DNA of 64,000 bases from Phoronis australis. Taxonomy: Eukaryota; Animalia; Phoronida. Both the position numbers and the translations under genes were made by a program. Under the pieces are notes generated by a model. The model had not been told where the DNA came from. It did no database searches and was given only the letters and a program-made list of their open reading frames with translations. The stretch's first letter is position 1. Every line of letters starts with the position of its first letter. Of the stretch, positions 13,630 to 27,700 are shown in pieces. The stretch spans positions 1-64,000 of the forward strand of contig NMRA01000989.1 of assembly GCA_002633005.1 (NCBI GenBank). The letters are read 5' to 3'.

Positions 13630-14690
13630 CCAAGAGCGCTCGGAAGAGCGACACTTGGCGAAATAAACCTAAAAGACAACTATGGGGAGGACGACGACGA
13701 CGACGACGATCATGATGATGAAGGCGGTGATTATGAATAACATGATAACATTTACATGACTAGCGAAGATGTCAGAAATCAGTAAGAAATAGGCTACTGC
13801 CTTGTTCAACAGACGCTGAACCATCAGTGCAGCAAGACCGGTCAACAAAGGAACAGCGCCATCAGAAAATATTGAATAATTACAAAAGTAGACGTCCTAG
13901 TGAAAAATGGAAAATATTTTCTGAAAGCCCGTTCAAAACTCTATCTCCTAACATAGTTTTAAAAAATTCATAAAATTTTTCTAAAAATTTTGCAATTGTT
14001 TGAAATTTAAACCTCAAATAACTCAGAAACGGCAAGTCTGAGAAAAACCTTATTACAGAACTTTTGAAAGAGCCTACTTCAAGGAATCCACATGCAAAAA
14101 TTCACGTCATTTGCTCTTCCCGTTCAACATGCCACTGCAAAACAATCAAAAAATGGGTGAAAATACGCCAGAGCCGCGATCTTGAAAGTGACTTCCGGTT
14201 AGACAAAATTTTATAATAGCCAGTCAAAAGAAACAAGCAAGTGACAAGTTTGAAAATGATTGGTTCGCCAATGCGCTCTCCACAGAAGAAAACGTTTTCG
14301 GCCAGATATCGAGGTGCGCACGCGCCATTGCCAATATTTCCGCCATCTTTGACCGGAAGTTAACATTTTACATCGCAATTGTAGTGATTGTGTGCTATAA
14401 TAATCGTACCAATTTTCAGCCCTGTACGTCGAAAAATGCGGCCTCTATGAGCATTTGAATCTGAAACCGGAAACAAAATAGCTACCACGTCCGCCATTTT
14501 GAATCCGATCATGACCAAAAACAATAGGGTTCCAGGACTTCCCAATCTACACATCGTGTGCGAATTTCGTGTGAGTCAGACAAAAAAAAAACTTGACGTC
14601 AGAGCAAAATATCAAACATTGTGGAATTCTTCTTTTTAGAATCCAGACAAGTCAAACAAGAGAAGTCCTATGTAAAAAACATTTGCACCT
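13630..14690. mobile_element. Unclassified non-autonomous interspersed element (CAAGAG-start type)
   Basis: CpG-rich block in an AT-rich intron, starting aaccaagagcgctcggaagagcgac, with repeated CCGCCATYTTG and AAATTTC motifs; boundaries approximate. Confidence 0.4.
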
Positions 14691-15067
14691 TGATAGAAAG
14701 TTACACTGCAGTCAACTGCCCTGGCACTGGCCACCACAAATAAGCTGAGCTTTATCACCTCCAAAAAAATGGAAAACGTAGACAAGCAAAATGCATCACC
14801 AGGTGATTTCAAATCACTAATCGAAAAAGGGGCCCTTTCACTTTTTCAACGAGCTCAATCAAAGCTTTTTCACCACAAAGAACTACCCACGTTCACAACA
14901 CTGACGACAGCAGTGCCAGTAGCTTAAGATAACGTCAGCGGTGACTTGTACTCGTAGTGGTAGTAGAGCAGTCGTGGTCTCACGGTAAGAACAACGGCAA
15001 CGCAAAATCAAATCCAGGATTTAGATTTTACAAATTCACCGTGATAATTTTAAGTGAAAATACTTAC

Positions 15068-15211
15068 ATTATATATATCTCCATAAAGGGACACGTCGTA
15101 CATCCACATGGAACTGGAATAAAGTACAAACAGCAGCAATGCCAAAATCCGATATTATGAAATTAAATTTAGAAACAGTTCGAAAACAAGCGAACGGGAA
15201 ACACCGGAAGT
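15068..15211 (-). other. Putative first exon and promoter of a divergent minus-strand gene (ETS site ACCGGAAGT at 15203-15211; donor AAT|GTAAGTA at 15067)
   Basis: Consensus donor on the minus strand about 140 bp downstream of an ETS motif. Region 1-15000 is A/C-rich on +, the mirror of the T/G skew in ARCN1 introns. Confidence 0.5.
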
Positions 15212-15620
15212 TTGTGGAGCAGGCGATGACAAAAGCATCAATCATAGAGGAATAGAAAAATAAAGCTTTTAAAATTACAAGGATTATCCACATTAAAATA
15301 GTTTTTAATAAATAATATAACATTCTTATAATTTATTTATATTGTCTTATATTGCTTTCGTTGTTTATGCACTTAAAATCAATGAGGAATTATTCCAAGT
15401 TTTAATATGCATTATAAATTGCTCGAGCTTCACCAAATTACTACGATAACTAAATAATCCACAATTAAAAGCGAAGTAATATTCTCTGTTGACAATAAAA
15501 ATATCTAATAAGATTTAAGTTATTTCATTATAACTTTAATTATTGGAAAATTTGTTTGTAATTTCTTAATAAACACATTCTTCTAATTTTAAGCCGGTTT
15601 TTAAACATATTTTAGCGGCG

Positions 15621-15647
15621 TGACGTGGCTGTAGACACCGCCATATT
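15621..15647 (+). promoter_or_regulatory. ARCN1 proximal promoter: UPRE/CREB3-type site TGACGTGG (15621-15628) and YY1-type CCGCCATNTT (15638-15647)
   Basis: Exact motif matches 80-105 bp upstream of the ATG, at the edge of a very AT-rich spacer. Confidence 0.6.
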
Positions 15648-15726
15648 GGTGTATGAGTTGGAAGTTGAGTTGGCAGAGTGCTAAGTCTTAGCTTTGGTGA
15701 AGTTTTTGAAGGCTGTAGCATAAAAG

Positions 15727-15729
15727 ATG
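15727..15729 (+). CDS. ARCN1: ARCN1 exon 1 coding part (ATG only)
   Basis: aaagATG|gtacgt donor downstream of the promoter motifs; exon 2 begins VLLAAAV and lacks the Met. Confidence 0.8.
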
Positions 15730-18700
15730 GTACGTATTACTTGGACATTTTATATAGCATAGCCTTTGTGACCAAGCTGTCGAAAACGAATGATCTTCCA
15801 AGAGTTCTCTTTGCTTTGTATCTTATATTATTTAATGTGAAACCAATCTCGGTCGAACTGGGACCTGTTTCACTAAAATTTCATATTGTTTTTTTCGCGG
15901 AGACCATACTGAGACCATTTGTGTACTATGATGTAAGTCTGTTTCCGTTCAGACTCTGTATATAAACTAGATGAAGTTGTGACATATTAATCTCAATCAG
16001 CATGATCAGGAACTGGGTGAATAGATCTTATCCAGTCAGCTAGCTCACTAACGTCAAAATTCTGCACTATGTAGGAAATGCTGAAAATACCCGACCCGGA
16101 AATCGAACTGGCGACACCAGTAAACCCCGCAAATGTGCTTACCGTTGAGCTAATAGGCAATTGTTCATTTGTGAGCTGGCTATTGTATCGCCCTGAATAC
16201 CGCAGGCATACGTGGGCGATTACATCCCCATAAAAAGTTACTCGTTTCAAAATTTAGCAATTAAACTTGAATGAAACACTCATAGCCATATATGCACATG
16301 GAGTTATAATTGATGCGTACTGACTCATTAACTTTGACTCTGGATAAAATTTAGTCAATATAAACTAACATTTCCATGAAAATCTGTCCCGGTTCACTAG
16401 AGTTTCTCTCACCGGGTGTCATTTTGAGGAAGTTACGTGAAATCATGCCCGTTGACGGAAAAAAATCCAAGGGACACAAATGTTACAAATTTCATCTGAT
16501 ATCTTGCCATGCTATTTTGCAAGAGTCACGTGCCAGTACACGCGCTTCGCTCAGTCTTGTGCTAGCCACGTGATTCAGTTGAAATACTTTGTGGTTATCA
16601 CATGTGCAGTGAAAAAGTTAACAATGACCAAAAAAGTGGAGTTGGAATTCTTCGCCAAAGTCACCTAAATTCTCATAGCTATGCTTCATCAAAGATATGT
16701 GTAGCAGCAGAAAGGATCTCTGAAGAAAGTAAGTGCTTTTTAAGTGATTTTTTTTTGAAGAGCTGAAAACTCTTAATCAGTGAGCGGATTTCTCCTCAGC
16801 CCGTTTAAAATACACGGGACGAAAGTAGTACAGAAAGCAATGGGAAGTATTGTAGCCCCTAACCAGCCAATCAAGGGCTAAATGTTGCGTAGCTTGCGCA
16901 AGTGGCTAATAGAGGCTCGTGATTCACCAGAAGCTCGTCTAGACAACAATAGTGCTAAGAATCACTTAACTCTTAGACTGTACCAACTGGCCTTCCTAGA
17001 ACCCTCCGTACAACGGAAGCTTTTCGACGAATTGTGTCTCACAATGATTATACCATCAAAGTCATGTTGCTACAAGTACATTTTGCACATAGAGGAACAC
17101 CTCACAAAGCGGTTGATTTCTTTAACTTTTCCCATCAGGAACAACTACTCCCGCAATAAAACATTTTTCAAAACGTCCTTCGTCCAGTTGCTCAAATCAG
17201 AAACTATCCATTTTTTACATTGCTCACGTTATTGTGGATATAACATCATTGTTATTCAACAAGGTGAAACTGGCATCATTTATAATATCACTTGGTTTAT
17301 TCTCACCAACCTATTTGCGTTGGCACGATGTTTCAGTCGGTTATTTCTGTGGCCATCTTCATGTGTTACAGTGTTCTTAAAGAACAAGCATGGGCACTTG
17401 GAGTACATTTTTTCCACAAGAACATTGCAACATAGCATTCGACGCTTAGCTCAACGCCAAGTCACATTTGGCGACCTGGCAAAAATCAAAGGTTGCCAAA
17501 CGAAATCTGAGGTCGGTAAAACTGAAAATCCCTGGTGGCCAAATAAAATCGAAAGTTGCTGGTTCAGCGTAAAAATAGATGAATAAAAAGAGGGGCGTAT
17601 GATCGTATTGTGCCCAATTCTCAGTATCTTAGCGTACCTCTCCGCTTCTCCAGTTTCTTCCTGTAAATATACATTCAACAGACTAACATTAGAGTGCAGA
17701 CAGTCACAGTTTACTGGTAGCATGTATTTCACCGATCTTGCCCAATTTTGCCAAACAATTCCGACTTCCATCTGTTTACTTTCTGTTGTATTGTAAGTGC
17801 GTGGTTGATGCGTGCTGATTGCGGTGATGACAAATGCACTGATTTCACAAAATAAACGGAACAATTGTGAATCAAACATAATGAATCTTGAAAAACTGTT
17901 ACTAATTTAAAGAGCGTTGAAGCAAATGCAGAGGGAATTTTTGTCTGACTTTGAAACTCACAGTGGCGACTTCATGGCAGCTTAAGATTTTTCCCAGGTT
18001 GCCAAACACAATCTGATGTTGCGACCTGCAGGGTGAGCGCTGCAACACTTAAAGATGGGCAGAGAAGTGGCCAACTGAAAGGTCATGCCAATTTAAATAG
18101 GGTTGAAGTTAGTGTAAATAAACAAAGAGATTTTTCAAATTATGTTACTATATCAAAGTGGTTTTGGGAAGTCACTAAGTGAAACTGGTTCTCATAATTG
18201 TTTATCACTAAGAAGTACTATTGCCTAAACTTCTATTGGAAACCACCTGTTGAAAGTAACTGTTAATTTCTTGTCTGAAGTTTGCCTGAGGAACATTTTT
18301 CATAGCTGACTGCCATTGATTTTGTTTTGCTGTTATACTTGATGTCATGTCTTGTGTTCACTGTCTATGGTGTTTTTATTATCCTTTGATAATTCTGTTG
18401 AGATTTACCTCAGTTTGTGGTGATGCAGGGTATGAGAAGTAATTGGTTAAGGGCAGCCTGTGGGCTAATGGTTGAATGTGAGCAAGATCAAAACATTGTA
18501 AGTCAGCAAGTGCTGTTTTCAATGTATGAAAAAATTGGAAAGCTCATTTGTTGGCATTTTTCAGGTGCTGTTGGCCGCAGCAGTATGTAACAAATCTGGC
18601 AAGGGTATGTATTTTATTGAAGTTTGGGCAACAGTCACTTACAGGGGTGCCGCATTTTGAGAACCAGCTTGATGCCTGTAGAAAACAGGAAGTCAAAATG

Positions 18701-21700
18701 TGGGACTTCTGTAAGTGACTATTACTGTTATCTGTTTAAGCAAGTATTGTGCTGGCAATGTTAGTGTTTAAGGGCAAGTATTGTGCTGGCAATGTTAGTG
18801 TTTAATGCTTTTGGATTTGGACTAGTTTAGTTTGTCTTTAGTTTTGTAGTAAAGCCAATAGACTGTCGTTTGCCCCTGCACTGTTTAGAACCTAATGAAA
18901 AAATGTTTAAAATCAGAATGTGAGCCCCTTGTATCTATTGGCAACTGGTGGGGGCAGAAAATTTTTTGGCAAAAGTATGTAATGTATAAGTGGATTCATT
19001 GTAACATTTTTGAAAAACAATTTTGAATTGGATCCTTTTCCCGTAATTGATACTTGAAAAACTGATTTGGGGAATCATTATTCAAGCGCCGATCCGTGTA
19101 CCCGTATCTCAATACATTCATTAACATTCCATCATTGTAGCCATCATCTCGCGACAGTTCGTGGAGATGACGCGGCCGCGCATTGAGGGTCTCCTGGCTG
19201 CCTTCCCCAAGCTGATGGGGAGTGGATCTGGGGCAGGAGGGCGCCAACACACGTTTGTGGAGACAGAGAGTGTGCGGTATGTCTACCAGCCACTAGAACG
19301 TCTCTATGTCCTGCTCATCACTACTAAGGCCAGCAACATCCTTGAGGATCTCGAGACCCTCCGCCTGTTCGCCCGTGTGGTAGGTGCTCAGTTGACATTG
19401 TTTCATGGCTCATGCGGATTATGGAAAACATCAGGGCTTGGAATTTTCCGCGGAAACGCAGATTTCCGCTTTTTTCAAATGTTCTGTCCGCGTATTTTAT
19501 TATATTTCCGTGTAAAAAAAATCGGATTTGATATAAAATTTTCGTGGCAAATTCCTTTCTTACCGCGGCGTTGCAGACGACGTTCACCTCGAAAAGCGGA
19601 AGTTGCTCTTTATGTTTCGGAGGAACGTAAATTGTCAACATTGCCGGGGCATCTGGGATAGCGGGGTGGGATTTTTCAATGGCGTCTCGTGTTACTGTAT
19701 ACCGCGGCGACAAATACTACGGCTCTGCAGCCAAAATGTGTGGGTTGGGAGTGGACGGACGAGCTAAAAGGACGCAGACGCATGCTACTGATGGTGGTAA
19801 CGTTTTTTTTTTTTTTTTTTAGTCCTCCCGATAAAAAGTCGGGGAAAGGTTCACATGGACCATTTCAAGGCCGGGTAGCGCACATGATTTGGGCCGTAAA
19901 AGTTTCCGCGTTTTTTGTCATTGGTCATTCCAAGCCCTGAAACATGGAAAATAATAGAAATAGCTCTCGTTCACGAGAAACTCATGGCGAACAAGAGTAA
20001 AACCCGTGTATCGAAAATTTCAAGATTGATAGATGATAAACAAATGACACATTGTTAGGTGTAGTTGCCTGTAGTTAAGCTTGGCAGCATTCCTCATTGG
20101 CCAGGGTCCAATCTTTGTACTAGAAATTAGTTTTGGCATTTTCCAATCTATTTTTGTGAGAACTCATGATAAATGTCTTATTCTGTACTTGAGTGTAATA
20201 TGTTACATGCATACAAGTTTCTAGTCCAAGATCGCCCTGTTTGATTTCCCCTTGATTCGAATTACTAAGTCTAGTACTGAATTTCTTTTCTGAAAAGTCA
20301 GTCGTCTGTCGTCACAAGCAGACCGCTCATTTGGTCGCTAAGTGCTGCTAAAAGATAATAAAAGTGCAATTCATTCGCAGATCCCTGAGTACTGTCGCCA
20401 GATGGAAGAGTCGGATATCCTCGACCAAGCATTCCCGCTCATATTCGCCTTCGATGAGGTCGTTGCCCTTGGCTACAGAGAGAGTGTCAACCTTGCCCAG
20501 ATCCGCACATTCACAGAAATGGACTCGCACGAGGAGAAGGTTTTCCAAGCAGTCAGACAGGTAATGAATGAAGCCAGTAGATGGCCAGTGAATATTTATC
20601 AGAACTGACCCAAGATGTTTAAAGTGGAAATTGCAAGCTAATTACTTATGTGTGTGACTGCTTGGCCAAGTTAGTTAGAAACATGACTGCTTGGCCAAGT
20701 TAGGTAGAAACATGACTGCTTGGCCAAGTTAGTTAGAAACATGACTGCTTGGCCAAGTTAGTTAGAAACATGACTGCTTGGCCAAGTTAGTTAGAAACAT
20801 GACTGCTTGGCCAAGTTAGTTAGAAACATGACTGCTTGGCCAAGTTAGTTAGAAACATGACTGCTTGGCCAAGTTAGTTAGAAACATGACTGCTTGGCCA
20901 AGTTAGTTAGAAACATGACTGCTTGGCCAAGTTAGTTAGAAACATGACTGCTTGGCCAAGTTAGTTAGAAACATGACTGCTTGGCCAAGTTAGTTAGAAA
21001 CATGACTGCTTGGCCAAGTTAGTTAGAAACATGACTGCTTGGCCAAGTTAGTTAGAAACATGACTGCTTGGCCAAGTTAGTTAGAAACATGACTGCTTGG
21101 CCAAGTTAGTTAGAAACATGACTGCTTGGCCAAGTTAGTTAGAAACATGACTGCTTGGCCAAGTTAGTTAGAAACATGACTGCTTGGCCAAGTTAGTTAG
21201 AAACATGACTGCTTGGCCAAGTTAGTTAGAAACATGACATATAGCGATGATGTGTAGCTTGAAAATTGCCAAATGTTTTTGGCGAAAATGAACCATCGCA
21301 AATACATCTTTAAGAAACATTACAACATCGTTTCGCAGTTGTAAAACACAGTTTGAATGGGATGAGTTGTATTAGGTTTGACCAAAGTTATAGAACAACA
21401 GAATGCAGTTGTATTTTTGTGATTTCATTTCAAATTGACAAATTTTCTTGTTGTCTGCAACACATTCGCTAAAATCGAGGCCGGGGTCCACTTAAATACA
21501 CTTGAAATACTCTACTATTTAACACATAGGATTTGATTCAGTAGCAGAATGTTCAGCTGCTACTACAGTGTCAGTCGAATCGATTCTGTGCTTCTGCTAA
21601 TTTTTGAAAAATTATTCCTTTGCAGAGAATGCCGTATAAAAATGTTAAAATGGTGACTGGTGGAGTGGTCCTCACTATTATAGAAATGTATTTGTAATGT

Positions 21701-24700
21701 GCAAGGAAAGACATCTGTCTACATAAAGTATTTACAGACTTTAGGAACTGTTCCATAATGAAAGAAGTGTCTTTCTAGGGTCGTAAAAAAAAAACAGTGC
21801 AGGTGGTATGATGTCATTTGCGGTGCATCAGACATGCTCAGGCCTAATGGTTGGGCCCATTGCACAAAACACCTGAACAAAAGCACGAGAGCCCAATTAT
21901 GGCTCCTCGTGAAGAAAGTTTTGAAGTCTGCCAGTCTTCTTTAGGAAAACGGACAGTCGTTTCCATTTGTTGCCATGCACTATATGTTGTAGGCATGTAA
22001 CAGTGCCATCCAGTAGGTTGCTCCTTAGCCTATAAAAAGCTGGACAAGACTACCAGGCTCGTTTTAGTTACATCCCACTTTAGCAATGGTTTACGTTTTA
22101 TTCTCTAGAAACTTTCATTTTGTAAATGGTGACTTAGGGATGTGTCACACAAGTTTTTGCTGCTTGTGTAAAATATAATTGTGCACAAAGCTCTGAGGCT
22201 AAAATTTTCCTTAACATGGAAAATGCCTGTACCACAAATAAGACAAATGCTAAATCTCATTATCTGAGATTGTCTTGTTGAATATCTCTTGCTACTTTGA
22301 TTTCACCCTTCTCTGCCTTGTGAGTGGTGTGTGAAGTGTACTGGTAGCTACAGTAATGTGTGCATGTTAATAAAGCCTTGCTGTCCACCCTTATGAAAGT
22401 AGCGTTCAAGAATTTGCACACGAGAAGGCAGTATGGCCTGGTGTGATGGTGCCTGCCTTCTTTACTCGAGGTCGTGGGTTCGAGTCCCACTGGGCCACAC
22501 TGCTAGACCCATGAGTCAGGTCTCTAGCTCCTCAGCTTGGTTTTAACTATATATTAATAAAGCACAAAAAGTATTTCCAGGTGGTCAGTGCAATGGGCCT
22601 ACATACGCGGCCTGCCCACGTCTGGTACAACATGTACCGATCAAATGTTTTTATTCACCCCTTATGTCACAGTTAGTATTTGTTGCTATGCTGTCATCCT
22701 TCTAGGAACATCTAAACTGTTGACAGCCACAGTAAAACGGATTAGAGGTCTTTGTTTATCGACAGGATTGTCTGGCTGCCAGAAAATTGGGGCCTTCCTG
22801 TGAGATTATTTGAAACATAGGTTTACATGATGCTTTTGCTGAAGGTTGATATCAGCTTTTTTTGCAAATGTTCGATCCCGAAAGCCCACTGAATTTCGAG
22901 AGGCTAGCCAATGATGCGTGTCTATTTGACTACCATCATTTTTATTGGACATTCCCAGGTGTAGCAATGGTGGTCCATCACGATAGAAGTTATTCTCAAA
23001 AATTAAAATCAATGAAATTTTTCCCCTTACAGACACAAGAGCGGGAGGCTCGGGAAAACATGAAACGCAAAGCCAAAGAATTGCAACAGGCCAAGAAAGA
23101 CGCAGCAAAGAGAGGCGTGTCGGCTCCCTCTTTTGGTGGCTTTGGCAGCAGCTCCATGTCTAGTCGCTCGTCATTAATGGACTCCCAGCTGATTGAGAGC
23201 ACCATATCGGAACCACAGAAACCTTCCTACACAGCACCCAGGTATGTTTGACAGTCAAGTTGTAATAAGCAGTGTTGGTAGTTACACCTCACAATATCTT
23301 GGATTTCTTTGTTACTGGTCGTGCATATGCATCACTTGTTTATAGTGTTAGTCGAACAGCATTACAGCTAATGTTCCCAGGACCTTTATGAAGCGTTTGT
23401 TGTTGCTGAAGTTTGCTTCGACCTAGTTAAATTGCGCACAGTAGAGCCGGCTCGGAATTGGAATGTAAGCTAGTGAAGGTTTTAAACAGCTTCGTGTTTA
23501 ATGAAATTTCAACAATACCATATTAGAGGAGTGCAGGGAGGGTGTGGAGAAAAACGAAATATTTTAAAGACTCTTGAAAGTTGAGTGACCGCTCACAATG
23601 AGAAGTTCTGTCAAACTGCACCCCCTCCCCACCTGCACCCCCCCCCCCACCAAGAACTGTAGAAAGTGACCCACTTTTGTGAGAGGGGCTATCAAAATTT
23701 CAAAAGTTGCATAAAATTAACACAACTTGATAATTTATAAAACTGTACCTGTGTATTTTTTCTTGAACATTTATTTAAAATGAAATTCAGTCATGGTACT
23801 GATGCTGTTGTGTTGCTATGAGCGAACCTTGTTTTGCTAAATTTTTACTAAAAGACATGGTCGGTGGCAGAATACTTTCATAAAATATAATTATACTTTT
23901 ACTGAGTTATGTTTTGTAGTTGTGTAGATATTAAGCCTAGTGCACAGACTTGTGGATAAGGTCCTACATAACCTTTAAGAGAATGCTTGTAACTAGGATA
24001 TGTGTGTAAAAAATGGTATGGTGTAAACCACATCACAAGCTGCTGAGACTTGTTGTTGTAATGATCAACATGTGCTTTGTTTCAGCCGGCCCGTTGGATC
24101 AGGCCGAGCGATGAAGTTGGGCGGGAAGAGTAAGAACGTTGACACATTTGTGGACCAACTGAAGTCAGAGGGTGAATGTAAGTCGAACATGCTGTGCAAT
24201 TGTATAACTGCGTGATTGGCCTAAAGTTTGGTTTGGCGGTGTAAGGTATTGTTGGTATGCTTGTTGTACGCACTCGGGGAAAGGCTGGTAATAGTGAAAA
24301 GATAACAGATGCGGTGTTTGACATGTCTTCACTATGCAAACCACAAGCGGGCAGTGAAAACTGGCCGTCATTTTAATGTGGAATATAAAGACACAGTGTG
24401 TGTATTGTGCTCTCAGAATTGTATCTAGGATGAATCTCAATCTTTGTTAGTTTGCGACGCTTTCTCTGAAAACTGAGCCAAGAGCATACAGACAAACCTT
24501 TCTGTTTCAATTTTATAAATTTGTTTGTCAATCTGACATCTCAGTTGTGAAATATGTATATTATGGCTTCAAAAAGAGTAATACTTTGTGCGTTCTGACA
24601 AATCTTGTTACAGTAATATAAACAAAAAGAACCACTTTTCAGTTATCCTGATCTAAATTAATATCTATTTACATATTTACAAACATGATAACAAGTTACG

Positions 24701-27700
24701 CGAAACTTGGGACGAAGACAGGGTCGAACGTCAGCACCAACAGTCCAAAACTTGAAGGCGTCCTCACGTGTTCCGCAGTCTCCACCAGTCCACCAAAATA
24801 ACACAGTCAAGTTCCTTACACAAGACGCTGCTGTCCGCACCATAGCAAAGGTTCACCACATAAACAAATAACGCTCAGTATTTAGAAAGTATGAAGAAAA
24901 CATTAAGTCCAGCCTCAGTGTTCAGATAAATCATGACACATGTCTGCTCACCATCGGCAACCAACTAGAACTCTCCGATAAAACTCAAAACTGCCCCCTA
25001 GCTGGAATAGCTGGAATACCTAACATACCTAACAATGTGCATACCACGTGTCTATATGTTGTACTCGGGCCAATAGTTGTCTGTACAAAAAATCACTTCA
25101 TTAAATTAATAAGATGGCTCCTGTCTCCATAGCTGTGGCTAGTATGGACAAGTCATCCAAGTCTAAGCCAAGTGCTGTCGCCAAGGCGACAACACCAGCA
25201 GCCCACCAGGAGGCAGTTCACCTGCGGCTGGAGGAGAAGATCAACTTGACAGCTGGTCGAGATGGCGGTCTTCAAAACCTGGAGATTCTGGGCATCATCA
25301 CACTTGGTATCACTGATGATGAATACGGCAAGATCCGTGTCGCCGTGGCTAACAACGGCGACAAGGGAGTCCAACTGCAGGTGAGTATCAACATGGACTA
25401 CAGACTACTGTGTTTGTGTAGTGTCATTGGGTAACTGCCACTTATTTACATGCGAGAATGCTTTCAATCTTGAGGCTATGTACTAGTGCCCTCGATCAAC
25501 CATGACTGCCTTGTGATAGGGGTATTGTTTGGGGTTAGCAGACTGCCTTGTGATAGGGGTATTGTTTGGGGTTAGCAGACTGCCTTGTGATAGGGGTATT
25601 GTTTGGGGTTAGCAGACTGCCTTGTGATAGGGGTATTGTTTGGGGTTAGCAGACTGCCTTGTGATAGGGGTATTTTTTGGGGTTAGCACAAAATTTATTC
25701 CCCAAATCACCAAGCTGTTTGTACTCTTTCAAATTGTCACCTGTGATCTACAAGTGATTTGAACTTCTAGGGAAAATTTTCAATCACTTGAGGGGAATTT
25801 TTGGGCCTCATGAAGGGAATGTCACGTGTTCTTACGGTATTTTTCGGGGGTGATTGGGGCTGATGTAAGGCCACAAAATTGAGGATGGAGGGCACTGAGT
25901 ATTACAGTCAAATTTCACTAATTTAGTGTAATGTGGTGGGCTAGTGAAATTTTAATTTCTCACGTGTTCCTTAAAGATCCGTAGCATCAAACTAATGCTT
26001 TACAATGTCTAAGTTGTGTACCATAGTTACAATAAAAAATACTCCAAAAAAGGGCATTCACAACTGTGTTTGAAGACCTTGAAAAACAAAAGCGGTGATT
26101 TTGGTAATTATGTATGTCTCAAATGGGTTTTCTTGTGACATCTGATCCAGTGTGTTAGGCTCTAGGGAATGACTCAAAATGATTATCGGTGACTACGAAT
26201 GCAAGCTGTTTCATCTTGGTTCTGTAATGATGTGACATTTCACTGTTTTTGCTTGTGAGGATGGTGTTTTAATAAACAATGGAACATGTCAAGGCGATTT
26301 AAATCGTTCATTGTTTTTATCAACATTTCATAATAGTTATTATGTCCCAGGTGCTGACAAAATTCCTTTGGTTCCGATAAAACTTTGTGCTCTGAGTTGA
26401 CCATAAATGTTCAAACGACAGTGGTGCTGCTTAATGAAACCTGTCTTTCTTGCCTGTTTTTTCAGACACATCCGAATGTAGACAAAAAGTTATTTCAGTC
26501 ATCGTCATTGATTGGCTTAAAACACCCGGGCAAGTCATTCCCGCTCAACAATGATATAGGGGTGCTGAAGTGGAGGTTCCATACGACAGACGAGAGTTAC
26601 GTGCCGTTATCGAGTGAGTGGAACTTTGACTGACATCACGCAGTTGTGTGTGGAGACTTGATTGACATGTTATCATGGAGTCTTCCTGGAAAATGTGTTG
26701 CTACCAACCAATGAAAATGTTAAAAATAAGATTTACCTGTTTGAGAAGTTCGTCATGCATTTTCCATGGTGTGACGTAAATTTTGATTGTTGGTTCTGCT
26801 TTTCTTATTTGTATTAAATAACAAGGGGGTAAGTCCATGGTCGTGCCTCTAAGTTCTAGCCACAGCCTTCTTAATTTTAGTCGCAGACCAGTAGTTATCA
26901 AACTTGTACTACAAATCCCTGAACCCTTTAACTTAACACACGCGTCAGAATGCTCAATGTGCAATGACAAAATTCCATTCTCAGAGACCAGATTCCTCAC
27001 CTGGACTTGAAATGTGGAGGCACACCCGTGGAATCAGTCTCCGCTCCTATGTAATGTAAATATGCTACTGTTGCTAAAATTGTCTACTGTTTCTAAGGAA
27101 ATACTCAATGTGAATAAAAGAATTGATAATTAATGGATAGGTAGTGACATAATATTAAAATAATAGAGTAATTACCTAATGAATTGTAATGTATTACCAT
27201 TATGGTTATGAATATGGATTATGTTTCTCTTGCAGTAAACTGTTGGCCGTCAGAGACAGGCAGTGGCTGTGACGTGAACATAGAGTATGAATTGGAAAGA
27301 GAAGACATGGAACTCAATGATGTAGTCATTACTATTCCACTGCCGTAAGTGCCAACATCTAGCTTTGTCTCGTACGGCTACTGGAAGGTTTGCTCAAGTC
27401 AGAGTCACGTGAGCTGGTTCTTTGCTCGACTTGGACGAAGTTCCAGGGTTGTACTTCGCATACGTCTAGTTTATTGTTATGCAGGACATAAAAAATTCCA
27501 ACTTTCGCCAGTTTTGGAAAGTCATTTCTCAGAAAGCCATTTCTCAGAAAGTCATTTCTCAGAAAGCCATATGACACTTTCACATACTATGCTTTATTCA
27601 CTGTTCTCTAAAGCATTGTTAGGATTTGTTTTTAACATGTTGCACTTTTGAATGAGGAGTTATAAATATGGGTCTTTTATGGTTGTTACGAAAAACCCAG

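Noticed and set aside
16882-17586. 234-aa ORF in ARCN1 intron 1
   Set aside because: No recognisable motif, and it crosses pieces of dispersed repeats (one shared with about 61945-62045); likely a chance ORF.
20655-21238. CRISPR-like 29-bp repeat array
   Set aside because: Head-to-tail repeats with no unique spacers, no cas genes, and a eukaryotic intron context.
22425-22500. Functional tRNA gene
   Set aside because: Only box motifs and the T-arm are intact; no complete cloverleaf. The same applies to the tRNA-like segments at 39.5, 56.2 and 61.6 kb.
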